Shown: positions 1-8,913 of the stretch, piece after piece
How the letters are laid out: the number at the start of each line of letters is the position of its first letter
Position numbering within the stretch: the stretch's first letter is position 1
IMG/VR virus record: IMGVR_UViG_3300027418_000370
DNA: 64,000 bases
Strand: one strand, 5' to 3'
Source: a virus
Program-made: the position numbers and the translations under genes
Notes under the pieces: model-generated
Databases searched by the model: none
What the model saw: the letters and a program-made list of their open reading frames with translations, nothing else
What the model was told of the DNA's origin: nothing

Positions 1-518
1 CACCTGAGACGGAATTTCCTGATGCAGGAGAGGTAGAAGGTGAAGAAGAAGCTCCTGATGCTACTGCAGATATCTTAGCTAAGTTTCCTACTCTTAAGAA
101 GACGTTAGTTCATTTAATGACTCCTGAATTTGAGGAGTTTGTTGAGAAGGTAGGTTGGATGTCTCCTAAACCATCTACATTTAAAGTAGAGTTTAAGAAT
201 GGACAAGACATACTACTAAAGTGGATGGGCAAAGGCTTTGAAGCTACAGTAGAAGGTAAAAGGTATTTCCTACAGAATCTAGCCGAATATCAGCAATGCC
301 TGGATAAGATTACAGACATGCTTGCTTCCGGCCCAATTCAAAGTGGAATGGATGCCGTTAGCGGTGAAGATATCTTCGGGGGAGTAGAAGGCGGTGGCGG
401 AGAGTTTCCTGGAGAAGAAGGAGGCGCCGCAGGAGCTGAAGCTGGAGCTGAAGCCGGTACTGAAGCAGGAGCTGAAGAAACACCAACAGGTGAAGAAGAT
501 GTATTTGCAGGAGTGTAA
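1..518 (+). CDS. Acidic hypothetical protein, 5'-truncated by the window edge
   Basis: The frame of ORF 117..518 is open back to position 3 (PETEFPDAGEVEGEEEAPDATADILAKFPTLKKTLVHLM...). E/G/A-rich tail. Stop overlaps the next ATG (TAATG). Confidence 0.75.
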   Translation, partial: PETEFPDAGEVEGEEEAPDATADILAKFPTLKKTLVHLMTPEFEEFVEKVGWMSPKPSTFKVEFKNGQDILLKWMGKGFEATVEGKRYFLQNLAEYQQCLDKITDMLASGPIQSGMDAVSGEDIFGGVEGGGGEFPGEEGGAAGAEAGAEAGTEAGAEETPTGEEDVFAGV

Positions 519-1579
519 TGAACTTGATAGATAAAATAATCACAGAATGGTCATGGAGAACCGCTAAAGGGTACCCTGACATTAATTCTTTAGAAGATAT
601 TCAAATACTTAGAGAATTTTTAGGAGAAGAGTTATACGAGGCAGCGTTTAAGCAACTGTCTTTCGGAGATTTAAAAAAATATGGCGGACCCCGTTTAAAA
701 GTTTTACACGATAAAATCGAAAAAGGAGAGTCTTTTCTTGGAATGAACGATAAAGAATACGTACTCTCTTTTGTTAACGACGAGTATGCTACTTTATTTG
801 CAAATCAAGATATTGATGGAATTGCTCAAATAGGAGCTCCAAGAATAAACAGTTTTCCTTTTTTTGAAGATGAAAACGGAAACTCTGTCACTATTGGGGA
901 CTTACTTAAAGCACCTGAATTTGGTGGAAAAGGGCAAGGATCAGGAACTACAAAAGAGGATTTAGCATTAGCAGGTATTAATAGCGCCTTACAGGAGTTA
1001 GGAGCTATCGATCTAAAGTTATCTCCAAATGGAAATGTCTATAAAGGTATTGTTAAAGCTTCAACAGTACCCGGAACTCCTAAGGCTGATTTTACATTAG
1101 ATACGGAAAAAGGACCTGTGATCTTTATCTCACATAAAGACGGTTCTAAGCCAACTGACTTTCAACAGTACGGAGGATTTACCGGATTAATGGAAGAACC
1201 TGAAATTAAAGCTTTTATTGAAGATGTTAGTAAACTTACTAACGGATCATTAGAACCTAAACAGAGTTTTAAAAGAGCATTAAAAGGAGAAGAGATTAAA
1301 TTAAAAGCTATTTACGGGCTAGAACAGAGCACGGAAAATTTTAATATTAATAACTGCCAGGTAGTATACCAAGGAAACGTTAAATTTGTTAAACAACCCG
1401 ACAACAGTTATTTAGTAGAAAGTAACCACACATTATTAAACCCAGAACTCCCAACAGGAGGCTACGAACCTATCTTGTATGTAAGCTACAGAAAAGGAAG
1501 AAATTCAGCTGGGTTATTAAACTGTAGGTTTGGAATTTACCCAACTGCTAAAGCAGCATCAACGGTTACAGAAATTTAA
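518..1579 (+). CDS. Hypothetical protein with a PD-(D/E)xK-like nuclease domain; possible head-internal protein
   Basis: 353 aa. Motifs E...GTPKADF...FISHKDG resemble the PD-(D/E)xK catalytic layout. The N-terminal leader ends in L-Y-E|A. Confidence 0.5.
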   Translation: MNLIDKIITEWSWRTAKGYPDINSLEDIQILREFLGEELYEAAFKQLSFGDLKKYGGPRLKVLHDKIEKGESFLGMNDKEYVLSFVNDEYATLFANQDIDGIAQIGAPRINSFPFFEDENGNSVTIGDLLKAPEFGGKGQGSGTTKEDLALAGINSALQELGAIDLKLSPNGNVYKGIVKASTVPGTPKADFTLDTEKGPVIFISHKDGSKPTDFQQYGGFTGLMEEPEIKAFIEDVSKLTNGSLEPKQSFKRALKGEEIKLKAIYGLEQSTENFNINNCQVVYQGNVKFVKQPDNSYLVESNHTLLNPELPTGGYEPILYVSYRKGRNSAGLLNCRFGIYPTAKAASTVTEI

Positions 1580-1587
1580 ACATTATA

Positions 1588-1595
1588 TATTTATA
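1588..1595 (+). promoter_or_regulatory. TATTTATA putative late promoter motif
   Basis: One of 16 intergenic copies; lies 8 nt before ATG 1604. Confidence 0.6.
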
Positions 1596-1603
1596 TAAAA
1601 GTT

Positions 1604-1945
1604 ATGAATAAACTACCGTACTTAATCGCCCTCATTGCAATCGTAATTGCAGCAATGTATGCTACGGGACTACACAACCCGTATAAGGCAGCTTACCTAC
1701 AGGAATTAAAAGACCAGAAAGAAGCTAGCCAGGCTAGAGAACTACAATTAGTAAAACGTATTGACTCATTAGCTTTTGCAGCCGGCTTACTACAAGCACA
1801 GGCTGACTCTATTGAGAACGCTTTAGATATCGAGGAAGCAAAACGTAAAAGAGAAAGAGATGCATACAATAAAAAAATTGCTGAGCTTAGCAGGCTTTCT
1901 GTTGATAGCCTTCCCGGCTACTTCGCAAAGCGTTACAATCGTTAA
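1604..1945 (+). CDS. Membrane-anchored coiled-coil protein, i-spanin (Rz)-like
   Basis: N-terminal hydrophobic helix LPYLIALIAIVIAAMYA followed by a coiled coil. The 3' end overlaps the next ORF in another frame. Confidence 0.55.
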   Translation: MNKLPYLIALIAIVIAAMYATGLHNPYKAAYLQELKDQKEASQARELQLVKRIDSLAFAAGLLQAQADSIENALDIEEAKRKRERDAYNKKIAELSRLSVDSLPGYFAKRYNR

Positions 1946-2279
1946 CGGAGACACTTTAGTTTGTTTTCCTGATCATATGGTTAGGCAGATTATTGCCGAC
2001 CTAGAAGCTGGTGACTTCTGTAAAGAAGAAAAGATTAGCTTAGAAAAGAGCATTGAAGACTATAAGAAGCTTGTAGAGACTAATAAAGCTCAAATTGCTA
2101 ACCTACAGCAGAGACTAGTCACTTATGACGATATCTTTATTGAAAAAGAAAGTCAGATTGCCATTAGAGATAAAGAAATAACAGTACTGGGTAAAGAAAA
2201 GAAAGCTAAATTCTGGACCGGACTTACCTTCGGTGCATCTGGAGGAGCTCTAGCAACGGTACTTCTTCTACTATTATGA
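1860..2279 (+). CDS. Secreted coiled-coil protein with C-terminal TM helix; spanin partner candidate
   Basis: Signal peptide KKLLSLAGFLLIAFPATS|Q, coiled coil, and C-terminal hydrophobic FWTGLTFGASGGALATVLLLLL. Overlaps the upstream ORF by 86 nt. Confidence 0.5.
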   Translation: MHTIKKLLSLAGFLLIAFPATSQSVTIVNGDTLVCFPDHMVRQIIADLEAGDFCKEEKISLEKSIEDYKKLVETNKAQIANLQQRLVTYDDIFIEKESQIAIRDKEITVLGKEKKAKFWTGLTFGASGGALATVLLLLL

Positions 2280-3850
2280 GTGAACAGCAGAATGTTAAGC
2301 AGATAGTAATACAAGAATACGCTAAATGTGCCAAAGACCCGGCATATTTTATGCGTAAGTACTGTTATATTCAGCACCCTCAAAGAGGACGTATACTATT
2401 CAACCTTTACCCATTCCAGGACAAAGTACTTTACTTATTCAGAGATCATCAGTACCTTATTACTCTTAAATCAAGACAGTTAGGTATCTCAACTTTAGCA
2501 GCAGGCTATTCACTATGGCTGATGCTCTTTCATAAAGACAAAAACGTACTAGCTCTTGCAACCACACAATCTACTGCACGTAACCTTGTAACTAAGGTAC
2601 AGTTTATGTACGATCAGCTTCCTAGCTGGTTAAAATTAAAAGCAGTAGAGAAGAATAAACTCTCACTAAGACTTACTAACGGTTCTAGAATAGCAGCTAA
2701 ATCATCTAACTCAGATGCTGCTCGTTCAGAAGCTGTATCTCTACTCTTAATTGATGAGGCTGCGTTCATTGATAATATTGATGAAACGTTTGCAGCCGCT
2801 CAACAGACCCTTGCAACCGGTGGTCAATGTATGGCTCTATCAACTCCTAACGGGATTGGTAACTGGTTCCACCAGACTTGGGAAAAAGCAGAAACAGGTG
2901 AAAACTCCTTTGTACCTATTAAGTTACCTTGGACCGTACACCCTGAAAGAAGTCAATCCTGGAGAGATCAACAAGACAATGACCTAGGACCTAGAATGGC
3001 AGCACAGGAATGTGACTGTGACTTCTTATCATCAGGTGATACAGTATTTGAACCAGAAGATCTAATCTTCTATGAAACTACAGCACAGCAAGACCCTTTA
3101 GAGAAAAGAGGAGTATCGGGCGATTACTGGATATGGGAATACCCAGACTATATGAAATCATATATGGTTGTAGCTGACGTTGCCAGAGGGGACGGACAAG
3201 ACTATTCTACCTTTCACATATTTGATGTTGAAGCAGCCACTCAAGTAGCAGAATTTAAAAGCAAAGTACCTCCTAAGGAATTTGGTAACATGTTAGTAGG
3301 AGTAGCAACTGAGTATAACAATGCAATGCTAGTAGTAGAAAATGCTAACATCGGATGGTCTACGATTGAACAGATTATTGAAAGAGAGTACGCTAACCTC
3401 TACTACTCATCAAGATCAGAACAGGATACTGTAGAGACTTATATGAATAAGATGGAACGAGGAAACTTAGTTCCTGGCTTTACAATGTCTATGCGCACTC
3501 GTCCTTTAGTTATTGCTAAGATGATGGACTACGTAAGAGAAAGATCTGTAACCATTAAATCTCAGAGACTCTTAAAAGAGATGAGAGTATTTGTATGGAA
3601 GAACGGTAAAGCACAAGCACAGACTAGCTATAATGATGACTTAGTAATGGCCTTTGCTACCGGACTATACGTCAGAGATACAGCATTAAGATTAAGACAG
3701 CAAGGAATAGATCTATCAAGAGCATCCTTATCTGCCATGGGAAACCTAAATCAAAGACAAGGAGCCGCGTATTCAGTTGGAAATATGCAAAATAATCCGT
3801 ATACTATAGATACTCCACATGGCCAAGAGGATATATCTTGGTTACTGTAG
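2276..3850 (+). CDS. terL: Terminase large subunit (T4 gp17-like)
   Basis: Adenine-binding LYPFQ, Walker A KSRQLGIST, Walker B LLLIDEAAF, STPNG coupling motif, nuclease motifs VVADVARG and NDDLVMA. Confidence 0.96.
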   Translation: MSEQQNVKQIVIQEYAKCAKDPAYFMRKYCYIQHPQRGRILFNLYPFQDKVLYLFRDHQYLITLKSRQLGISTLAAGYSLWLMLFHKDKNVLALATTQSTARNLVTKVQFMYDQLPSWLKLKAVEKNKLSLRLTNGSRIAAKSSNSDAARSEAVSLLLIDEAAFIDNIDETFAAAQQTLATGGQCMALSTPNGIGNWFHQTWEKAETGENSFVPIKLPWTVHPERSQSWRDQQDNDLGPRMAAQECDCDFLSSGDTVFEPEDLIFYETTAQQDPLEKRGVSGDYWIWEYPDYMKSYMVVADVARGDGQDYSTFHIFDVEAATQVAEFKSKVPPKEFGNMLVGVATEYNNAMLVVENANIGWSTIEQIIEREYANLYYSSRSEQDTVETYMNKMERGNLVPGFTMSMRTRPLVIAKMMDYVRERSVTIKSQRLLKEMRVFVWKNGKAQAQTSYNDDLVMAFATGLYVRDTALRLRQQGIDLSRASLSAMGNLNQRQGAAYSVGNMQNNPYTIDTPHGQEDISWLL

Positions 3851-3856
3851 TAGTAC

Positions 3857-3864
3857 TATTTATA
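3857..3864 (+). promoter_or_regulatory. TATTTATA putative late promoter motif
   Basis: Intergenic, upstream of the portal ATG at 3881. Confidence 0.6.
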
Positions 3865-3880
3865 ATTAAACTCTCCTTAA

Positions 3881-5764
3881 ATGGCTGATACTTCTTTATT
3901 TGGTAGATTACAGAGACTTTTCTCTACCGACGTAGTAATTCGTAACGTGGGCGGCAATCAGCTGAAAATCGCCGATGTTAACCATATTCAGAGCACCGGT
4001 CGCTATGAGACAAACTCATTGGTAGATCGCTTCTCTCGTTTATACATCTACAATAATAAGAATATCTTCAATCCGAACCTTAACTATCAGACGTTAAGAA
4101 TTCAATTATATTCGGATTATGAAGCAATGGATACAGATCCAATTATCGCTTCTGCATTAGATATTCTAGCCGACGAAGCATGTCTTAAAAACGATGTAGG
4201 AGATATTCTTACCATTAAGACATCAGATGAGAATATTAAAAAGATTCTAACTAACTTATTTTACGACGTCCTTAACATCGAGTTTAACCTCTGGTCTTGG
4301 ACTCGTAATATGGTTAAGTACGGTGACTTCTTTTTGAAGCTAGAGATTGCTGAGAAGTTCGGTGTATACAACGTACTACCTTATACTGTGTACAGTATGG
4401 TACGTCATGAAAGCCAGGATCCAGACAATCCTGCTAAAGTACAATTTACTATTGACCCAGACGGAATTGCCTCCTCTACCGATCCAAACTATATCCCTAG
4501 ACATAAGGACAAAGTAATACTATTGGATAACTACGAGGTAGCGCATTTCCGTTTATTATCAGATACTAACTACCTACCTTACGGACGTTCTTATATTGAG
4601 CCTGCTAGAAAGATCTTCAAGCAGTTAACTCTGATGGAAGATGCGATGTTAATTCACCGTATCATGAGAGCTCCTGAGAAGAGAGTATTCTATGTTAACG
4701 TAGGTCAGATCCCACCAGCCGAAGTTGAGCAGTTCATGCAAAAGACTATCAACGGTATGAAAAAGACTCCTTACGTTGATCCTCAAACAGGTCAATACAA
4801 TCTGCGTTTTAATATGCAGAACATGATGGAGGATTTCTACATCCCTGTTAGAGGTGGAGATGCTACTACTCGTATCGATACTACAAAAGGTCTAGAGTAC
4901 GACGGTACAAATGACGTGGAATACCTTAGAGACAAAATGTTTGCCGCACTTAAAGTACCTAAAGCATACTTCGGGTATGAAGGAGATTTGCAAGGTAAAG
5001 CGACATTGGCTGCGGAAGACATTCGTTTTGCTAGAACAGTAGAACGCATCCAACGCATACTTGAATCAGAGTTAACTAAGATCGCTTTAGTACACCTTTA
5101 TACTCAAGGCTATAAGAATGAAAGTTTAACTAATTTTGAGCTTAAACTAACTACTCCTTCTATCATTTATGAGCAAGAGAAAATTGCTCTTATGAAAGAA
5201 AAGATTGATCTAGCCTCTCAGATGGTAGAAAGCAAGATGTTCTCTACAGACTATATCTACGAAAGTATCTTTAACTTATCAGAAGATCAGTACAACGAAC
5301 AGAGAGATCTAATTAGAGAAGATAGTAAGAGAGCCTTTAGAGTTGCTCAGATTGAAAACGAAGGTAATGACCCAGCTAAATCTGGAGTTACTTACGGTAC
5401 ACCTCACGACCTTGCTTCTATGTACGGTAGAAGAGGAATGGATACTCCTAAGATGCCTGTAGGATATGATGAAGGGAATCCCGAAGGAAGACCTCAAATC
5501 CATGCTTCTACTTATGGAACTCAAAATAGCCCATTTGGTAGAGATGCTCTAGGTCAACATGATATGCATGGTGGCTACGATAATGAGGAAGATTCTACTA
5601 TTAATGTAACTGAAGACACACAAGCTAGCAGTGTTATAACTAAATCAGTGTTCTACCAAAACCAAGATATCTTCAAACCTAAGAAGAGCTTAATCTTTGA
5701 GAAAAAAGAAGAACCGCAATCAAGTTTGCTTGATGAAAGCAATATTAAAGATTTAGGGCAGTAA
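3881..5764 (+). CDS. gp20: Portal protein (T4 gp20-like)
   Basis: Motifs QLTLMEDAMLIHRIMRAPEKRVFYVNVG, MMEDFYIPVRGG, DVEYLRDKMFAALKVPK and EDIRFARTVERIQ. Directly follows terL. Confidence 0.95.
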   Translation: MADTSLFGRLQRLFSTDVVIRNVGGNQLKIADVNHIQSTGRYETNSLVDRFSRLYIYNNKNIFNPNLNYQTLRIQLYSDYEAMDTDPIIASALDILADEACLKNDVGDILTIKTSDENIKKILTNLFYDVLNIEFNLWSWTRNMVKYGDFFLKLEIAEKFGVYNVLPYTVYSMVRHESQDPDNPAKVQFTIDPDGIASSTDPNYIPRHKDKVILLDNYEVAHFRLLSDTNYLPYGRSYIEPARKIFKQLTLMEDAMLIHRIMRAPEKRVFYVNVGQIPPAEVEQFMQKTINGMKKTPYVDPQTGQYNLRFNMQNMMEDFYIPVRGGDATTRIDTTKGLEYDGTNDVEYLRDKMFAALKVPKAYFGYEGDLQGKATLAAEDIRFARTVERIQRILESELTKIALVHLYTQGYKNESLTNFELKLTTPSIIYEQEKIALMKEKIDLASQMVESKMFSTDYIYESIFNLSEDQYNEQRDLIREDSKRAFRVAQIENEGNDPAKSGVTYGTPHDLASMYGRRGMDTPKMPVGYDEGNPEGRPQIHASTYGTQNSPFGRDALGQHDMHGGYDNEEDSTINVTEDTQASSVITKSVFYQNQDIFKPKKSLIFEKKEEPQSSLLDESNIKDLGQ

Positions 5765-5768
5765 CATA

Positions 5769-5776
5769 TATTTATA
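5769..5776 (+). promoter_or_regulatory. TATTTATA putative late promoter motif
   Basis: Intergenic, upstream of ATG 5796. Confidence 0.6.
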
Positions 5777-5795
5777 TTAGTAGAATAGCATACTC

Positions 5796-6647
5796 ATGAA
5801 AATAAAGCATTCGAAGTACAAAAACACTGGATTGATCTTTGAGCTGCTGGTAAAGCAGATCGCTGCCGATACTCTGTCCCGTAAAGACTCGCCGGCCGTT
5901 AAGATCATGAAGAAGTTTTACACCGGTAAGACTTCCTTAGTCCGTGAATTTAAATTGTACGAATACATCCTTAAGAATAAAGGAGTAAGTCAATCCAAAG
6001 GAGAGACTATCGTTTCCACTATTATCGAAATTTCTCGTAAGTTAGAAAGAGAGACAATCAAGAAGCAGAAGTACGATCTTATCGCTGAGATTAAAAACAG
6101 CTACGACCTCGATGAGTTCTTCTCAATGAAGGTAAGAGACTATAAAGCTCTAGCTGCCCTATATTGCTTAATGGAAGCACAGAATGCTGACTTAGCCGAT
6201 CCACAGACTTTAGTGGATAATAAAATGACTGTATTAGAGCATTTAACTGAATCTAAGCAAAACGAAGAGGACGTTAAAGATGCTTTAGTTGAAGAATATG
6301 CAAAGTATGATAAGGATCTTAGAATGCTTACATACAAGATTTTACTTGAGAAGTTTAACGGTGAATATGCCAACCTACTTCCAGAACAGAAAGCTATCTT
6401 AAGAGAGTTTATTACTGCTTCCGAATCTCAAGTAAAACTTAGAACAATGATTAACGAGGAGCTTGAAAAAATTGGCCTTGCTGTCGAGAAGATGAAGACT
6501 AAGGTTAGTAACGATATCGCTAGAATTAAACTAGACGAGGTTGCTAAGACTATCAAGCCCCTTTCAAAACAAACTCGTATTAACGATACCCACATCGTAA
6601 ACCTACTACAGTATTACGACTTAGTTAACGAGCTTAATACCTTATGA
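5796..6647 (+). CDS. Alpha-helical hypothetical protein of the head module
   Basis: 283 aa ORF between portal and protease; has its own upstream motif. Confidence 0.75.
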   Translation: MKIKHSKYKNTGLIFELLVKQIAADTLSRKDSPAVKIMKKFYTGKTSLVREFKLYEYILKNKGVSQSKGETIVSTIIEISRKLERETIKKQKYDLIAEIKNSYDLDEFFSMKVRDYKALAALYCLMEAQNADLADPQTLVDNKMTVLEHLTESKQNEEDVKDALVEEYAKYDKDLRMLTYKILLEKFNGEYANLLPEQKAILREFITASESQVKLRTMINEELEKIGLAVEKMKTKVSNDIARIKLDEVAKTIKPLSKQTRINDTHIVNLLQYYDLVNELNTL

Positions 6648-6865
6648 AAAGAAGTGAAGTAGCAGAACTATTAAGAGAGTATGTTAGAGAACAACTCTCA
6701 GAAATGAACACTACTGGTGCAGTAGGAGCATATCAAACTCCTAATGCTTTTTCAAAAGACGATCGCGATAACTTAGCCACTAAGTTTATGGCTAAAATGG
6801 GTTTCAAGAAGACACAACGACCAAACAGACCTTCTAGCACTAAAATGGTAGACTACAGACAATGA
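6644..6865 (+). CDS. Small putative prohead core/internal protein
   Basis: 73 aa; ATGA overlaps at both ends. L-x-E sites (LLRE, QLSE) precede a basic C-terminal half. Confidence 0.6.
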   Translation: MKRSEVAELLREYVREQLSEMNTTGAVGAYQTPNAFSKDDRDNLATKFMAKMGFKKTQRPNRPSSTKMVDYRQ

Positions 6866-7854
6866 AAACATTACAAGAGAAATACAACGCTGTCGCCGAA
6901 GGTAGCTTCGCGAAATCCCAATTTGTTAGAGATGCTAGTATGCAACTACCTAACCTTATCTCTAAGGTTAATAGCTACGATGATACTGTAAATATTCTCA
7001 AGAATAGAGGTATGATTGCTGAAGCTAAGATGCAAGAACCTAAGTACTCTACAGCTAAGCCTGAGGATGCAATTGCTCCTGATGTATTAGATACAGGTAT
7101 CAAATTTGAGCTTGATAACAAATACGGTACTTTAGACGTTACTCCAGAGCAATATGAGAAATGTAAAGCAATGGCTGTTAGTAACCTAGCTAAAGACGTA
7201 CTCTACTACGTTAAGCAAGATAGCATTCAGCTAGAGACTCCAGGAGAGAAAATGGAGAAGGTAGTAGTTAAGGAAGAAGTTAGCGAGATGGGTAATGAGC
7301 CTGTAATACTAAACAAAGCTTTAATTACCGGCTTACTTAAAGACTTTTTAGCTGATGCTGATCCTAGAGACGAAGTTGCTAAAGCTTATGTAGCTTCCGT
7401 AATGAGAGACTTTAAATCAGGAGATCCTTCTAGAACAACTCAGTATGCTACTTGGCAGTCAATGGACGATCTAGAGGACGACTTCAATGATTATATGGGT
7501 CAAAGAATGGATGAGAAGAAAGACGGCCCTGTATACCCTGAAGATAAGCATACATTAACTCCTGACGAGCTTGGATATGATGTAGACGAAGGAACTACAC
7601 TTGAGCTTTCTGACGAAGAGATGGAAAAACTTCATAAAGACGGTAAAGTAACATTAGCCAACGGAAGCGTACTACACTATGTAGGTAAAGTAGCCGAATA
7701 CGAAGCACCTAAATACTCAGAAGAGGAACTAGCTCAGATCTCTAAAGATCAAGAAGAGCACGATGAGGAAACTTTACGTCGTGAACGTGGTCTAGAAGAA
7801 CAACAGCTTAAAGAGTTATTCAAGAAGATCATTACTAAAGTAATTACAGAGTAA
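6862..7854 (+). CDS. Acidic putative prohead core/internal protein
   Basis: 330 aa, E-rich, many (I/L/V)-x-E sites. N-terminus MKTLQEKYNAVAE. Directly upstream of the protease. Confidence 0.6.
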   Translation: MKTLQEKYNAVAEGSFAKSQFVRDASMQLPNLISKVNSYDDTVNILKNRGMIAEAKMQEPKYSTAKPEDAIAPDVLDTGIKFELDNKYGTLDVTPEQYEKCKAMAVSNLAKDVLYYVKQDSIQLETPGEKMEKVVVKEEVSEMGNEPVILNKALITGLLKDFLADADPRDEVAKAYVASVMRDFKSGDPSRTTQYATWQSMDDLEDDFNDYMGQRMDEKKDGPVYPEDKHTLTPDELGYDVDEGTTLELSDEEMEKLHKDGKVTLANGSVLHYVGKVAEYEAPKYSEEELAQISKDQEEHDEETLRRERGLEEQQLKELFKKIITKVITE

Positions 7855-7856
7855 CC

Positions 7857-8435
7857 ATGGCAAACGTATTAGTAGAATATACCCCATTTAAATCTGTTCT
7901 TAGAGAATCTAAGGAAAGACCGGGCGTTTTTGAAGTCGAAGGCGTAATGCAAAGAGCAGGAGCTCAAAACCAAAACGGCAGAGTATACGATAAGAAAGTT
8001 CTACTTAGAGAAGTTAACAACTACCTAGAAAACTTTGTTAAAGTAGGTAATGCCTATGGTGAATTAGATCACCCAGAGTCTCCAATTGTATCTCTAAAGA
8101 ACGCCTCTCACGTAGTTAAAGATCTATGGTGGGACGGCGACGATTTATGCGGTAGAGTAGAGTTACTTAATACTCCAGCCGGGAATATTGTAAAAGAAAT
8201 TATTAAAGGTGGACACACCATCGGTATCTCTTCTAGAGGTACTGGATCTGTTAAACCTACAAACGAAGGATATTTAGAAGTTCAAGATGACTTCGAGCTA
8301 GTGTGTTGGGACTTTGTTTCCAATCCATCTACTCACGGAGCATTTATGAACCCTATTTCATTGAACGAAGGAGCTGTAAAGCAAGATAAGTATGGTAAAT
8401 TAGATTCCATTCTTAACGACATCTTAAGAGCTTAA
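7857..8435 (+). CDS. gp21: Prohead core protein protease (T4 gp21-like)
   Basis: NQNGRVY, GELDHPE (catalytic His), NTPAG, GISSRGTGS (catalytic Ser), DFVSNPST. Confidence 0.95.
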   Translation: MANVLVEYTPFKSVLRESKERPGVFEVEGVMQRAGAQNQNGRVYDKKVLLREVNNYLENFVKVGNAYGELDHPESPIVSLKNASHVVKDLWWDGDDLCGRVELLNTPAGNIVKEIIKGGHTIGISSRGTGSVKPTNEGYLEVQDDFELVCWDFVSNPSTHGAFMNPISLNEGAVKQDKYGKLDSILNDILRA

Positions 8436-8453
8436 TTTTTAAATTTATTTGTT

Positions 8454-8624
8454 ATGACATCACAAGAACTATTTGACAGGATTGCTGAACATTTCACAAC
8501 CCTAGAAGCCGAACACGGAAAACCAACTAAAGCTGCTCACTCTAGAGCTAGAAAGGCAGCCGGAGAGATTAAAAAGCTTATTACAGAGTATAGAAAAGCT
8601 TCAACAGCTGAAGATAAAGCCTAA
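8454..8624 (+). CDS. Histone H1-like Hc1-family small DNA-binding protein (not in ORF track)
   Basis: Hand translation, 56 aa: MTSQELFDRIAEHFTTLEAEHGKPTKAAHSRARKAAGEIKKLITEYRKASTAEDKA. Carries the KAAxxRARKAxxEIxKxxxEyRKAS signature. Confidence 0.75.
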   Translation: MTSQELFDRIAEHFTTLEAEHGKPTKAAHSRARKAAGEIKKLITEYRKASTAEDKA

Positions 8625-8626
8625 TC

Positions 8627-8743
8627 ATGGGTAAGTATCAGAAAGAGAATCAAAAGCCTCTTAGCAGAGCTTCTAAGATGAAGAGAAGCAAGAGAATGCA
8701 AGCCAATCATCAAGTGATGAAAAAATTGGAACAAAGCATTTAA
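8627..8743 (+). CDS. Small basic peptide (not in ORF track)
   Basis: Hand translation, 38 aa: MGKYQKENQKPLSRASKMKRSKRMQANHQVMKKLEQSI. Fills the gap before a terminator. Confidence 0.5.
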   Translation: MGKYQKENQKPLSRASKMKRSKRMQANHQVMKKLEQSI

Positions 8744-8762
8744 GAAGCCTGCTACCTTAGGC

Positions 8763-8789
8763 GCCCCGCTCCGGCGGGGTTTTTTTTTT
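8763..8789 (+). terminator. Rho-independent terminator
   Basis: GCCCCGC-TCCG-GCGGGGT followed by a T run. Confidence 0.85.
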
Positions 8790-8808
8790 GTTTTTTAGTT
8801 TCCGGATG

Positions 8809-8816
8809 TATTTATA
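8809..8816 (+). promoter_or_regulatory. TATTTATA putative late promoter for the scaffold/capsid unit
   Basis: Follows the terminator; about 100 nt upstream of the scaffold ATG. Confidence 0.6.
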
Positions 8817-8913
8817 TATGAATATATCGTCCGATACGATATCTATATTATAAAAATTTTATTACGTTTGACCGCTCGGTCACAATTAAACGTAGAAATC
8901 ACAAGTTAACATT

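Noticed and set aside
518-2279. Small terminase gene upstream of terL
   Set aside because: The adjacent ORFs are membrane/secreted or nuclease-like; none resembles gp16.
8436-8913. tRNA or other known RNA gene in the largest ORF-track gap
   Set aside because: The gap is explained by two small ORFs, a terminator, the motif and a leader; no cloverleaf or T-loop signature was seen.
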